From the NCBI GenBank assembly GCA_963817895.1, contig CAWFQB010000001.1:1152001-1216000 (forward strand): a stretch of DNA of 64,000 nt. Direction: 5' to 3'. Both the position numbers and the translations under genes were made by a program. Positions 41,875-53,030 of this stretch are shown here, one piece after another. The notes below the pieces were generated by a model. It made no database searches, had not been told where the DNA came from, and saw only the letters and a list, made by a program, of their open reading frames with translations. Positions within the stretch are counted from its first letter, which is position 1; each line of letters begins with the position of its first letter. The stretch comes from an uncultured Chthonomonadaceae bacterium. Lineage in GTDB: Bacteria; Armatimonadota; Chthonomonadetes; Chthonomonadales; Chthonomonadaceae.

Positions 41875-44800
41875 ATGTCGAAAGTGAAAGTAAAGCCCTG
41901 TAAGTGGCTTCTTAGCGCGAGTTTGCTGCTGTCGCCCCTGACCCTGTGGGCGCAGCCCGCGCCGCAAACCGTGAAAGTCCATGCGGGGATGCTGCGCTAT
42001 CCGAGCGTGTCCGCGAAACAGATTGTGTTCGTGTACGCTAACAAGCTGTGGATTGTCGGGCGCGAGGGTGGGCAGGCGATCCCGCTGGCAACCCCGCCGG
42101 GACGAGTTGCCCTGCCGAAATTCAACAGGGACGGCACAACTGTCGCGTTTACGGGTAATTACGACGGCAACCCGGACCTGTACACTATTCCCGCCGGGGG
42201 TGGACTGCCAACTCGCGTTACGCACCATCCCGCTGCCGAGCGCCTGTGCAACTGGACGCCTGACGGCAATTTGCTGTTCGCGTCCAACGGATTTGTCGGG
42301 CAGGCGCGGCAGGATCAACTGTTTACGGTTCCGGCAACGGGTGGCCTGCCGCAGAAGCTGCCCGTGCCTTATGGCGACGACGCGGCTATCAGCCCGGACG
42401 GGCGCTATCTCGCGTATACGCCCTCTTCTACCAACAACCGGACGTGGAAACGCTACCGGGGCGGGTGGGCGCAGGACATCTGGCTGTTCGACCTGCAAAC
42501 CAAAACCGCCAAAAAGATCACGGATTGGGAAGGCACGGACACGCTTCCCATGTGGCAGGGCGCGAACATCTATTATCTGTCGGACGGCGGGCCGGAACAC
42601 CGGCTGAACATCTGGCGCTACGATACCAAAACCGCGCAGCGCAAACAAATCACGCATGACACGGATTACGATATAAAGTACCCCTCCATCGGGCCGGGGG
42701 CGAACGGCAGGGGCGAAATCGTCTTTCAGCACGGCGCAAAATTGGAACTGCTCGATCTGGCAAGCGATAAAACGCGCATTGTAGAAGTGAGTATTCCCGG
42801 CGATCAGGGCGAAATGCGCCCCCGCAGCGTGGATGTGGCGCGATTTATTACCGGTTGGGGCGTGTCGCCAAGCGGCAAAAACGTCGTGATGGAAGCGCGG
42901 GGCGACATCTGGACGATGCCGGTCAAAGAGGGAACGCCGCGCAATCTGACCCACTCCAACGGAATCGCCGAACGCGACCCGGCCTGGAGTCCCGACGGCA
43001 GATGGCTCGCCTATCTTTCCGATGCGACGGGCGAGTACGAAGTTTATGTGATGGCGTCCGATGGCAAGGGCGCGGCGAAGCAGCTAACCAAAAACGGAAG
43101 CGCGTACCGCTACAGTCCGCAATGGTCGCCCGACGCGAAATACATTACTTTTACGGACAAAACCGGCGCGTTATACCTGCACAACATCGCCAGCGGGCAG
43201 ACGAAACTTGTGGACACAGAACCCTACGGCGGCCAGATTTCTCCCCGATGGTCGCCGGACAGCCGCTGGCTCACCTATGCGCGGGGCGTCGGGCAGCGGC
43301 GAACATCTTCCATCTTCCTTTACAGTGTGGAAACAGGCAAGGCATCCCCGGTCACGGCAGGCATGTTCAACGATAGCAGCCCCGTTTTCGACCATAAGGG
43401 CGATTACCTGTACTTCGCCAGCGCGCGCAGTTTCAACCCGCAGTACGGCGACGAGGGCAGCACCTGGATTTACAGCGGCACGCAGATTCTGGTGGCGATG
43501 CCCCTGCGCAGGGACGTTCGTTCGCCCTACCTGCCGAAATTCGAGGCGGAGCCGCTAACGCGGGTGACCTCACCCCCGGCCCCTCTCCTGGCCGCGCAAC
43601 GCGCCAGGAGAGGGGAGAGCGTTGTTACAGGTTCTCCTGTAGTACAGGAAAGCGTACCGGCTTCGATTGGGATGCAGATAACAAATTCTGAAACAATCCC
43701 CCTATTAAGCCTCCCCTCTCCTGGCGACGAAGGAGCGGCCAGGAGAGGGGCCGGGGGTGAGGTACAGCAGGCGCAAACCGATGAAGTATCCGGCGATTGG
43801 AAAGGCATGGCGGGAGCCGTCAATTTCACGCTGCATCTGGTTCTGGGCGCGAACAACACCGTTACGGGAACCGCGCAGTCGGACCAGGGCAATGCCGATA
43901 TTACCGGAACATACAACCCGGCGACCAAAGAACTGATGCTGAGTTTGGCTCTGCCCGGTGGCGCGACGGCAACGCTCACTGCCAAAATCGTCGGCAATCG
44001 TCTGTCCGGCAACGTTACCATCATGGGGCAGATCATGGCAATGTCGGCGGAGCGGGTCGGGGGAGCGCCGCCGCCCAAACAGGGCGCGGGCAATGCTCCT
44101 GCCGGGGCCAAACCCGCTGCCGCGCCTGCCGCCGCTCCGCTTCATGTCAATATTGACCTGGACGGAATGGAGAATCGCGCCATTCTGCTGCCCGTTCGCA
44201 GCGGAAGTTTCCGCAATCTGGCCGTAAATGACCGCAACCAATTGCTGTTTTTCCGCTTCGGTTCGCGGCGAAGCGCCCGGCATCAAGCTGTTCGACATCA
44301 ACGATGAAAAGCGGCAGGAACAAACAGTCGCGGCGGGCGCGGGCGGTTTTGAAATCACGCCCGGACGGCAAGAAAATCCTGATTGCGCGGGGCGCAAGCG
44401 CGACCTTGCAGGACGCGAGCGCGGGCGCGGCAGGCGAAACCGTTACGCCCGCCGCCATGACCACGACCATTGATCCCCGCGCCGAATGGAAGCAGCTTTT
44501 CGACGAAGCGTGGCGTATCGAGCGCGACTTCTTCTACGACCCGAACATGCACGGCTTGAACTGGAAAAACGTGCATGACCAGTACGCCAAAATGCTGGAA
44601 AGCTGCGCGACGCGCGAGGATGTAAGCTATGTCATCAGCGAAATGATCTCCGAACTCAACGTGGGACACGCCTACTATTCCGGCGGCGATGTTCCCGTTG
44701 ACCCCGAGCGTATCTGTGGGCATGTTGGGCGCGGATTACAGCTCTGGAAAACGGCGCGTACCGCATCAAGAAAATCGTCACAGGCGCGGCCTGGGACGTG

Positions 44801-45703
44801 GAAGCGCGTGGCCCGCTTGCGCAGCCGGGCGTCAACGTCAAACCGGGGGATTATCTGCTCGCCGTCAACGGCGCGCCCCTGGACACGAAACAGGACCCCT
44901 GGGCGGCGTTCCAAAATCTGGCGGATCGGGTTGTCACCATCACGGTCAGCGATAAGCCGACAATGGACAGCGCGGCCCGCGACGTAACGGTTCGCCTGAC
45001 GGGAAGCGAAGCAACCCTGCGCTACCGCGACTGGATCGAGCAGAACCGCAAATACGTCGAGCAGAAAACGGGTGGGCGCGTGGGCTACATCTACGTGCCG
45101 GATACGGGCGTCAACGGGCAAAACGATCTGTTCCGGCAGTTCATGGGGCAGTACGACAAAGACGCCCTGATTATTGACGAACGCTGGAACGCGGGCGGCC
45201 AGATTCCCGACCGTTTCATCGAACTGCTCAACCGCCCCATCACCAACTACTGGGCGCGGCGCGACGGTCTGGACTGGCAATGGCCTCCCGTTTCCAGCCC
45301 CGGCCCCAAGTGCATGTTGATTAACGGGCTGTCGGGTTCGGGCGGCGATGCGTTCCCCTGGATGTTCCGGCAGGCGAAACTGGGCAAATTGATTGGTACG
45401 CGGACGTGGGGCGGGCTTGTCGGCATTTCCGGCAATCCCGGCCTGATAGACGGCGGCAGTATCACCGCTCCCACCTTCGCCTTCTACAAACTCAACAGTA
45501 CGTGGGGCATCGAAGGACACGGCGTAGACCCCGACATTGAGGTGATGGACGATCCCGCCCTGATGACAAACGGCGGCGACCCGCAACTGGATGCGGGCAT
45601 CAAGCAGATGCTCGACGACCTGAAACGCGCCCCCTACACCGCGCCCAAACGCCCGCCGTACCCGAACAAAAGCGGCATGGGCATCAACGAACGGGATAAG
45701 TAG
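41875..45703 (+). CDS. Tricorn protease (S41 family) with beta-propeller and PDZ domains, frameshifted
   Basis: MLRYPS..IVFVYA, WKRYRGG, PD40 repeats, EW.QLFDEAWR..RDFFYD, IIDERWNAGG, SGSGGD, GTRTWGG, GVDPDIEV. Confidence 0.92.
43567..43763. repeat. 197-bp palindromic element with 29-bp perfect TIRs, read in frame inside the tricorn gene
   Basis: ACCTCACCCCCGGCCCCTCTCCTGGCCGC (43567-43595) and its reverse complement (43735-43763). Confidence 0.85.
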
Positions 45704-45970
45704 AAAAGGAGAAAAGGAGAAAAGGAGAAAAGGAGAAGAGAACCGCTAAATACGCGAAACAAACGAAAAAAGGACAAAAACATAAAGAGAATAGACAGGA
45801 TGAACAGGATTTTTCAGGATGGACAGGATTACATGCGCCAAGGGCTAATCTGTTTCTGTTCGTATAGTTGTATATCCGCTTCATCCGCCTTATTCGTGGT
45901 CTGAACTTTGTTTTCTCTTTTTTCGTTTATTTCGTGTGTTTCGCAGTTCCCAATCTCCTCTTCTCCTTTT
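45703..45970. repeat. Composite short tandem repeat block between convergent genes
   Basis: (GAAAAGGA)n, ACAGGAT repeats, inverted ACGAAA/TTTCGT tracts. Same layout as 17971-18140. Confidence 0.75.
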
Positions 45971-47381
45971 CTATCTTGCGTAGCGAGCGAGGTAGACGTA
46001 CTCGGCGAGGGCAGCAGCGGTGAACACGCCTGCCGCCACCCAGATACCGGGCAGGCGCAGGCCGACGCCGAAGAACAGCAGGGTAATGTGCGTACCGAGG
46101 TTGATGCCCATGCCTTTGTAACGGTGGTGGGTTTGGCCTTTGGCGACAATCAGGCCGCCCGCCCACGCGCTCAGGGACGACAGCAGGGGCAGGAGGACGC
46201 CCGCGCCGATGCCGATACGCGCCAGTTGGTGGAGGTCAGACGGCAAATGCAGAATACGGCCCACATAGACATTCAGCAGGGGCGTGAACGCGATCAGGGC
46301 GGTGGCGGCAGTGGTTGTCAGGCCGACGAGCAGGGTAAAACGTCGCAGGGGAGCGTGAGAAGCCGGATTTTTAGCCTGCGACACGGTAATTTCCTGTAGT
46401 GCCAGCCCCCATCCCCGCATCACGAGCAGCAGCATGGACACGACCGGCCATACAGCCAGCGTCGCGGTTTTATTGGGCAGGCGAGCCAGCGCGGCAGCCG
46501 TCATCGGCTGTGCCAGACAACGTGAGCAGCGTAGTAGCGGCAAGCGGCGCATAAAATTTCCAGATAGCGCGTTGAGAAAGGGAAGAGGGAACAGGGATGA
46601 AGGATGAAGGGATTGCTGATAGCCGATTGCCAGTAGCCGATTGAGGTTCTTCTCTATTCCCATATTCCCCATTCCTTGCTTCCTCTATCTCCTTTTCTCC
46701 TTTTCTCCTTTTCTCCTTTTCTTTCTCTAAATCCTGACTCCTGAATCCCGCCCCCTGCCCCCGAATGATGGGCAGGGCGAACAGTGTGGTTGCGAACGCT
46801 TCAGCGATCACGGCGGCCATGATCGCGTAGGCGCCGACCTGTACGCCGGGAATGTGGCGCAGCGAAGCCAGAATGGTTGCCACGCAGAGGACCGTACTCA
46901 GGCGAACCGCGGTTCCCCACGACACGCGGCGCGTCTGCCCGTAGCGCACCAGTACGCCCTGATAAAACCGCCGCCACGCAATCGCCGCCGTCCATAGCAG
47001 CATGATTTGCATGGCGGGACGGGCGGCAGCCACAATGGGCGCGGGCTGTCCCATGATGTTGCCGGCAATCAGGTCGAACAGAGGCGTAAAGGCAATCAGG
47101 GCGGTCAGGAGGGTGCAGCCGCCTGCCAGAGTGAGCATGAAGCGGCGCAGGGCGTGGTACGAATCGGCATCCTGCACAAGCGCAATCGCCGTCGCCAGCA
47201 GCATAATGACCGGGCTTTCGATCAGGAGGGACAGGGACAGCGTCAGGCCCCACGCGGCGAGGTGCAATTCCGGGGCGGCGAGCCGTCCCATTGCGCCCTG
47301 CACGGCAGGGCCTTCCAGCATCATCAATTCAAAACTGACCGCAAGCGGCAGCCACAGAGCAAAAATCGTCCGAACGCGCAT
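45971..47381 (-). CDS. MATE/ANKH-like multi-pass membrane protein, frameshift near 46520
   Basis: Two repeated TM halves (LIESPVIMLL..AWRRFYQG..GT..R). The central loop is filled with heptamer repeats. Confidence 0.75.
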
Positions 47382-47487
47382 AAATCTCTTTCATTGAGCA
47401 GCGCCATAGAGCCTCGCCAGTGAGGAACATTGTTGAGCAGCATCATGGAGGAAAGTTCTTGTTGTGTGTACGCGCCACAACAAACAA

Positions 47488-47528
47488 ACAACTTCGGCGC
47501 GAAAGAATTTCTTTCGCGCCGAAGTTGT
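47488..47528. repeat. 41-bp palindrome with perfect 20-bp arms
   Basis: ACAACTTCGGCGCGAAAGAA-t-TTCTTTCGCGCCGAAGTTGT. Confidence 0.85.
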
Positions 47529-47572
47529 ACAAAGAGCTTGTTACACAGCAAAGGTGAACGCATGGATACGTC

Positions 47573-47631
47573 GTAGGGGTTCTGCTTGCTGAACCCTCCG
47601 CAAACGTGGGCGCAGCAAGCAACGACCCTGC
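47573..47631. repeat. GTAG-family REP doublet (REPIN-like)
   Basis: GTAGGGGTTCTGCTTGCTGAACCC ... GGGCGCAGCAAGCAACGACCCTGC inverted pair. Confidence 0.6.
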
Positions 47632-47685
47632 ATAAACGTTCACTCTTGCCGGAGTACGATCACAAGTCACGCCATCCACTGAAGG

Positions 47686-48267
47686 CTATTTGCGGCGGCG
47701 ACGCGCCAGAAGCAGGCCGCCACTCACCATCCCACTGCCCAGCAGCGCAAGGGTTCCCGGCTCCGGCGTCACAGCCGCTGCCGGAAAGTTAAATTGCACA
47801 CCCGTGAAGGTTTGCGCATTAGCTCCCGTACCCACGTCACTGAAGGTATAGTCCAGAGTAATGTAACCCTCCGAAACGAAGGTCGGACTGCTCATGCCAT
47901 AGGAGGCGGTGAACAGGTACAGAGCTGTTTTATTGTCGGAAAGCGCCATACCGTTCATGTCCTGGTTAGTGACGCTCGTGTCGATCTGGCCGAAATAGCT
48001 GCTGTTGGGAGCAATCACCAGAGGAGTGGGGTTATTGACGAGAATATAATCATTCGTTTCGGAGCCACCTTGGACAAAAAACGAGTCGTTGGTAATCGTC
48101 AGCATTTGCGAAGTGGTGTTGGCAATCTCTCCCCGGATACCAACGGTGCCGCCCCCGGCGGGAATAATGCCCGAACGCGCAGCCGTCAATGTCAGCTTTT
48201 GCGCCTGGGACGCGGCGGCAAGGCTCAGGCACAGTGCTGTGCAGGCTAAAATCAAGGCGGTTTTCAT
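47686..48267 (-). CDS. PEP-CTERM protein
   Basis: Signal peptide MKTALIL..SQA, C-terminal TPEPGTLALL..ARRRRK, AAGGAG RBS. Confidence 0.9.
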   Translation of the reverse strand: MKTALILACTALCLSLAAASQAQKLTLTAARSGIIPAGGGTVGIRGEIANTTSQMLTITNDSFFVQGGSETNDYILVNNPTPLVIAPNSSYFGQIDTSVTNQDMNGMALSDNKTALYLFTASYGMSSPTFVSEGYITLDYTFSDVGTGANAQTFTGVQFNFPAAAVTPEPGTLALLGSGMVSGGLLLARRRRK

Positions 48268-48607
48268 GTTGTGTCTCCTTAAAAATGGGATGCATTGAGG
48301 ATAGGCGAATTGGAGTGAAAACATTCAGAGTAAGAAACGCCATCTGTACTCTATACTGTTTGCAAGAATTCATGCCAAAGTGCGGCGATTACGCTATTTG
48401 TAGACAAATATGCCAAAATTTATGAAAATTTATCACAAATTCGCTACGGGCAGAGCGCTAAACCTAGTTTTCTATAAATACAATTCTATTTACCAGGAGT
48501 TGATTCCTTCCTTGCGAACGAAAAACTCGTATTTTATTCAGCAGGCATTTGCGTCTAATTTCTTGTAACGCTCCAATTAGGATTTCCATGGTGGTAGGAT
48601 TTTGCTT

Positions 48608-51412
48608 ATGTCATCTATATTATCTATGCCGACAGGCACGATTACTTTTCTTTTCACGGATATTGAGGGCAGCACCAAACTATGGGACCGGTATCCCGAG
48701 GGGATGCGCAGAGCTTTGGCCTGCCACGATAAATTGCTACAGCAGGCCATAGAACAGCATCATGGACACGTTTTCAAGACGGTCGGAGATGCGTTCTGCG
48801 CGGCTTTTCCAACCGCGCCCGACGCGCTTGCCGCCGCCTTAGAGGCTCACTTAGCCCTACAGCAGCCGGATTGGGGGGAAGTCGGCTCCATCCGGGTTCG
48901 TATGGGACTGCATACCGGCGAAGCGGAAGAGCGCGATAACGACTACTTTGGCCCCACGCTCAACCGCGTCGCGCGTTTGCAGGGAGTCGGGCATGGGCAG
49001 CAGACGCTTCTCTCTCAGGCTACCTATGAACTCGTTCGGGACAGTCTGCCTCCCGATGTCACGCTTCAGGATATGGGGCAGCACCGCCTCAAAGACCTTC
49101 TGGCCCCCGAACACGTCTGGCAGATTTTTCATCCCGCCCTGCCCACAGAGTTCCCGTCGCTCAAGTCGCTGGACTACCTTCCCACAAACCTGCCCCGGCA
49201 GATGACTTCGTTCATCGGGAGACAGCGCGAAATGGAGGAGATCAAGCGGCTACTCACGACCACTCCCCTGCTGACGCTACTCGGTATCGGCGGGGTCGGC
49301 AAAACCCGGCTTTCCGTGCAGGTGGGAGCCGACCTGGTGGATCACTACAAGGACGGCGTGTGGCTGGTGGAACTGGCCGCGCTGACGGAGCCGGAGTTGG
49401 TTCCACAGGCGATAGCGTCTGTATTGAGCATACGCGAGGAAGCGAACCGTCCCCTGCTGCAAACCCTCACGGATGCCCTGCGGGATAAGCAGATACTGTT
49501 GCTGCTGGACAACTGCGAACATCTGATAAATGCCTGCGCCCGTGTCGCCGACACGCTGCTCAAAAGCTGTTCGCATCTGACAATTCTGGCAACCAGTCGG
49601 GAACGATTGGGTATTTCCGGCGAACATGCGTGGCGTATCCCGTCCCTGCTTGCGCCAACTCCTGAAGATACCCTGCTGGTGGATCAGGAGACAATCGGAC
49701 AGGAAGCGACAGACCCGATACTCCGGCTGATGGAGTACGACGCGCCCCGACTGTTTGTGGAGCGCGCCCGGCAGCAGCGTCAGGATTTTACCCTTTACTC
49801 CGGCAATGTGGCCGCCATTGCCCATTTATGCAGACAGTTGGACGGCATCCCGCTTGCCATCGAACTGGCGGCGGCAAGAACGCGCTCCCTGTCTGTCGAG
49901 GAGATTGACAGCAAACTGGACAACCGTTTCCGCCTGCTGACGGGTGGAAGCCGCGCCGCCCTGCCGCGTCAGCAGACCCTGCGCGCCCTGATTGATTGGT
50001 CTTATGATCTGCTCAACGATCAGGAAAAGACACTGCTCGCCTGCCTGTCTGTGTTTGCCGGCGGATGGTTCGAGGAAGCGGCGGAGCAGGTTTGCGCGGG
50101 CGAGGAAATCGAAGATTGGGAGGTTCTGGACATACTTGGCAGCCTGGTGGATAAAAGCTTGGTCGCGCGTGAAGAGCAGGAGGGGCATACGCGCTATCGC
50201 CTGCTGGAAACCGTGCGGCAGTATGCCACCGAGAAACTACAGAGTCATACCGCAAAGCAGGACGCGCAGCAGAAGCATCAGGACTACTACCTCACGCTGG
50301 CAAAAGAGGCCAATTCACAGCTAACAGGGTCGCAGCAGGCTGCCTGGCTGGATACATTGGAAAGAGAACACGACAATCTGCGCGCGGCCCTGAACTGGCA
50401 GGTCAATGATACCAGTCTGTGCCTGGCCGGAACCTTATGGCGCTTCTGGGAGATACGGGGCTACTTTGCAGAGGGACGCGAACAACTGACGCGCCTGATG
50501 GCGCAAGCAAGCCAGGAACAAGCCACAACAGATAGGGTGGACGCGCTACGGGGCGTGGGCGCGCTGGCCTGGGCACAGGGCGATTACACCTATGCGCAGG
50601 ACAGTTACCAGCAAAGCTTGGAACTCTCCGAAAAATTGCGCTATCGGATAGGCATTGCGCTGGCCTTGAGTGGGCTGGGCAATATCGCCTACGCCGAGCA
50701 GAATGCGGAACTGGCGCGTTCGTTGCACCTGCGATGCCTGCAAATTCAGCAGGAAATCGGAGACGAACATGGCATGGGCGTCACGCTGAACTCGCTAGGC
50801 AACATCGCCTTACATCAGCAACAGGACCAAGAAACCGCGCGCCGTTCTTTTGAAGAAAGCCTGCGATTGTTGAACAAATGCGGAGACAAGCGTTACGCGG
50901 CTATAGCTCTGAGCAATCTGTCGGTGGTCGCTTATATGCAGGGCCATAATGAGGAGTTGCGCGTGTTAGGCGCGCAATGCCTGGCTATATACCGCCAACT
51001 TGGAGACAAGTTTCAGGTGGCTGTTGTGTTGAACAATATTGCTGAAGCCGCTTTCCGTATGGGCAATTACGCCGATGCGCGCCGAATGTACGCGGAGAGC
51101 CTGCGGCTGTTTCAGCAGTTGGGCAATCGTCAGTATATCCCCTATGTACTGGAAAGTCTCGCTTATCTGAATGCGGCTCTGGAACAATGGCCGCAGATGG
51201 TTCGCTTGATGGGCGCAGCGGAGGCGCAACGCGAGACTGTTCATGTCCCTCTGCCCCCCTCGGATGCGCAGGAAACGGAGGCGCAACTTGCAATAGCGCG
51301 TTCGCACCTGGGGGAAACGGCTTACGCGGCAGAGTGGGCGGCAGGGCGCTGTCTTACGCTGGAAGAGGCCATTGCCTACGCCCTTCAAACCGCGCCTTCC
51401 CCCCGCGCCTGA
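48608..51412 (+). CDS. Adenylate/guanylate cyclase + STAND ATPase + TPR protein
   Basis: FLFTDIEGST, KTVGDAF and DYFGPTLNRVAR class III cyclase motifs, GIGGVGKT, LDNCEH, LDGIPLAIELAA, TPRs. Confidence 0.92.
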   Translation: MSSILSMPTGTITFLFTDIEGSTKLWDRYPEGMRRALACHDKLLQQAIEQHHGHVFKTVGDAFCAAFPTAPDALAAALEAHLALQQPDWGEVGSIRVRMGLHTGEAEERDNDYFGPTLNRVARLQGVGHGQQTLLSQATYELVRDSLPPDVTLQDMGQHRLKDLLAPEHVWQIFHPALPTEFPSLKSLDYLPTNLPRQMTSFIGRQREMEEIKRLLTTTPLLTLLGIGGVGKTRLSVQVGADLVDHYKDGVWLVELAALTEPELVPQAIASVLSIREEANRPLLQTLTDALRDKQILLLLDNCEHLINACARVADTLLKSCSHLTILATSRERLGISGEHAWRIPSLLAPTPEDTLLVDQETIGQEATDPILRLMEYDAPRLFVERARQQRQDFTLYSGNVAAIAHLCRQLDGIPLAIELAAARTRSLSVEEIDSKLDNRFRLLTGGSRAALPRQQTLRALIDWSYDLLNDQEKTLLACLSVFAGGWFEEAAEQVCAGEEIEDWEVLDILGSLVDKSLVAREEQEGHTRYRLLETVRQYATEKLQSHTAKQDAQQKHQDYYLTLAKEANSQLTGSQQAAWLDTLEREHDNLRAALNWQVNDTSLCLAGTLWRFWEIRGYFAEGREQLTRLMAQASQEQATTDRVDALRGVGALAWAQGDYTYAQDSYQQSLELSEKLRYRIGIALALSGLGNIAYAEQNAELARSLHLRCLQIQQEIGDEHGMGVTLNSLGNIALHQQQDQETARRSFEESLRLLNKCGDKRYAAIALSNLSVVAYMQGHNEELRVLGAQCLAIYRQLGDKFQVAVVLNNIAEAAFRMGNYADARRMYAESLRLFQQLGNRQYIPYVLESLAYLNAALEQWPQMVRLMGAAEAQRETVHVPLPPSDAQETEAQLAIARSHLGETAYAAEWAAGRCLTLEEAIAYALQTAPSPRA

Positions 51413-51863
51413 TATATTCTTTAGCGCCTGACACAGACAAAAGCGCAGGTTTTTCCGCATTATGGAGAACTTGCAGATGATCGAAATCACGATCTGTTGT
51501 CAGCAGTTCAAAACCCGTTACGTAAGCGGCTGCCGCAATCCACACATCGTTCTTGCCCATTGTAAATCCTTGACTTTTACTCTGCGCGTCAATCACAGCA
51601 TACGCCTGCATCGTTTCCCGATTCTCAATGGAGATTGGACGGAAGTAATCAAGAAGATACTGCATCTGTTCGAGTTTGTCATGGCCCCATGCCCACTGAA
51701 TTGCCAGTGAGCGTATCTCGCCTTCAGTGACAAGGCAGTAGGCAGGAACAACTTCCGTCATCAAGAGTTGCCTGTCCCGCTTGAGCCGTTGCCCAATAGC
51801 GTTGTCACGGATGAGATTAACAAAGATGTTGGTATCAAGCAGGTCGGGAAGCAGGGATGGCAT
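51354..51863 (-). CDS. PIN-domain (VapC-like) toxin
   Basis: LLDTNI, TEGEI, GKNDVWIAA, LLTTDRDFDHL. The ORF tail overlaps the convergent gene, so the true end may be near 51420. Confidence 0.88.
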   Translation of the reverse strand: MPSLLPDLLDTNIFVNLIRDNAIGQRLKRDRQLLMTEVVPAYCLVTEGEIRSLAIQWAWGHDKLEQMQYLLDYFRPISIENRETMQAYAVIDAQSKSQGFTMGKNDVWIAAAAYVTGFELLTTDRDFDHLQVLHNAEKPALLSVSGAKEYIRRGGKARFEGRRQWPLPA

Positions 51864-52225
51864 TAAGATAGCTCCGCAAGCGCTTGTTGTATCTGCTCTT
51901 CGGTTTCATCCCCCGGCCACTTGCCGGAAACCATGTCCGCCAGCGTTTTACCCAGCGGCGGCGTCCTGCGCGGCGGATAGAGTTCCATTGCGCGTTGCTG
52001 CGCCTGCGCCAATTGTTCCGGCGTTCGGTGTACCATTTCGTAGACGGCGCGTTCCAATGGCGTTGGTTCCTGTTTCCCCACGGACTGCGCTTCTGGTGTT
52101 TGCGCCGTTTCGATATGTACTTGCAGCATATCGCCGGGTTGCAATCCTAACTCGACAACCATTTCTTTCGGAACCGTAAGCGAACCTTCGGCGGTGAGTT
52201 GAGCGGCAAAGGTGATAGCTGTCAT
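51863..52225 (-). CDS. AbrB-like antitoxin
   Basis: AQLTAEGSLTVPKE..LGLQPGD.L N-terminus, C-terminal GKWPGDETEEQI..AL, TAATG coupling to the PIN gene. Confidence 0.8.
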   Translation of the reverse strand: MTAITFAAQLTAEGSLTVPKEMVVELGLQPGDMLQVHIETAQTPEAQSVGKQEPTPLERAVYEMVHRTPEQLAQAQQRAMELYPPRRTPPLGKTLADMVSGKWPGDETEEQIQQALAELS

Positions 52226-53030
52226 GGCTCTTGCCTCCTTATAGCTGATTCTGATATTGCATAGTCCACCATTGCTAAAATTCTTACTTGCATTAAGACA
52301 TTGTTTCAGGTAATATACGGAAAGGCTTTGAGGCCAAAACGAAGGCTCAATTTCCGTTGGAAAAAGAACATGAACGATCAATTGCGACACGCTGTACAAC
52401 AGGAGGATACTGTTCTCTTTATTGGTTCCGGGATTTCTTGTTGGTCCGATCTTCCATCTTGGTACGGATTGCTGAAACAACTTGCCAATTATCTAAAATC
52501 ATCTGATCGTGACAGTCAACTTGTCCTAAAGGAGATAGACCAAGATCTCTTGCAATCAGCGAGTTACGGCTTCGACCAGATGACACATGCTGAAATTGGT
52601 GAGTTCATCCGACAAGCATGTCAGTTCGGCAATGCTCACCCCCACGAAATACACCGCAAGATTGTCTCTTTTGGCGCTCGTTGCTTTATCACGACCAACT
52701 ATGATCGGCTTCTTGAAGATAGCTTGCGAAAATGGCAAAGTCATCACCCTTTCCATACTATCACAAATAAGCAACCATTTGAACAGGCCAATATTGTTCA
52801 AGCGAAGACATTAGACTTTGTTTTCAAACCTCATGGAGATGTTGAAGATGCAGATAGTGTTGTACTTACTCGCGAACACTACCGAAAGTTGCTTGAAGGC
52901 GGCGAAAGAAATTATTCATTAGAGTCGCTCAAGACACTACTCATAACACGCCGTGTGGTTCGGAATGTGTCAAGGATTTTGAGACAAAAAGCGAAAGTAT
53001 TTTATGTAGCGAGCAGTCATTCCTCGCCAC

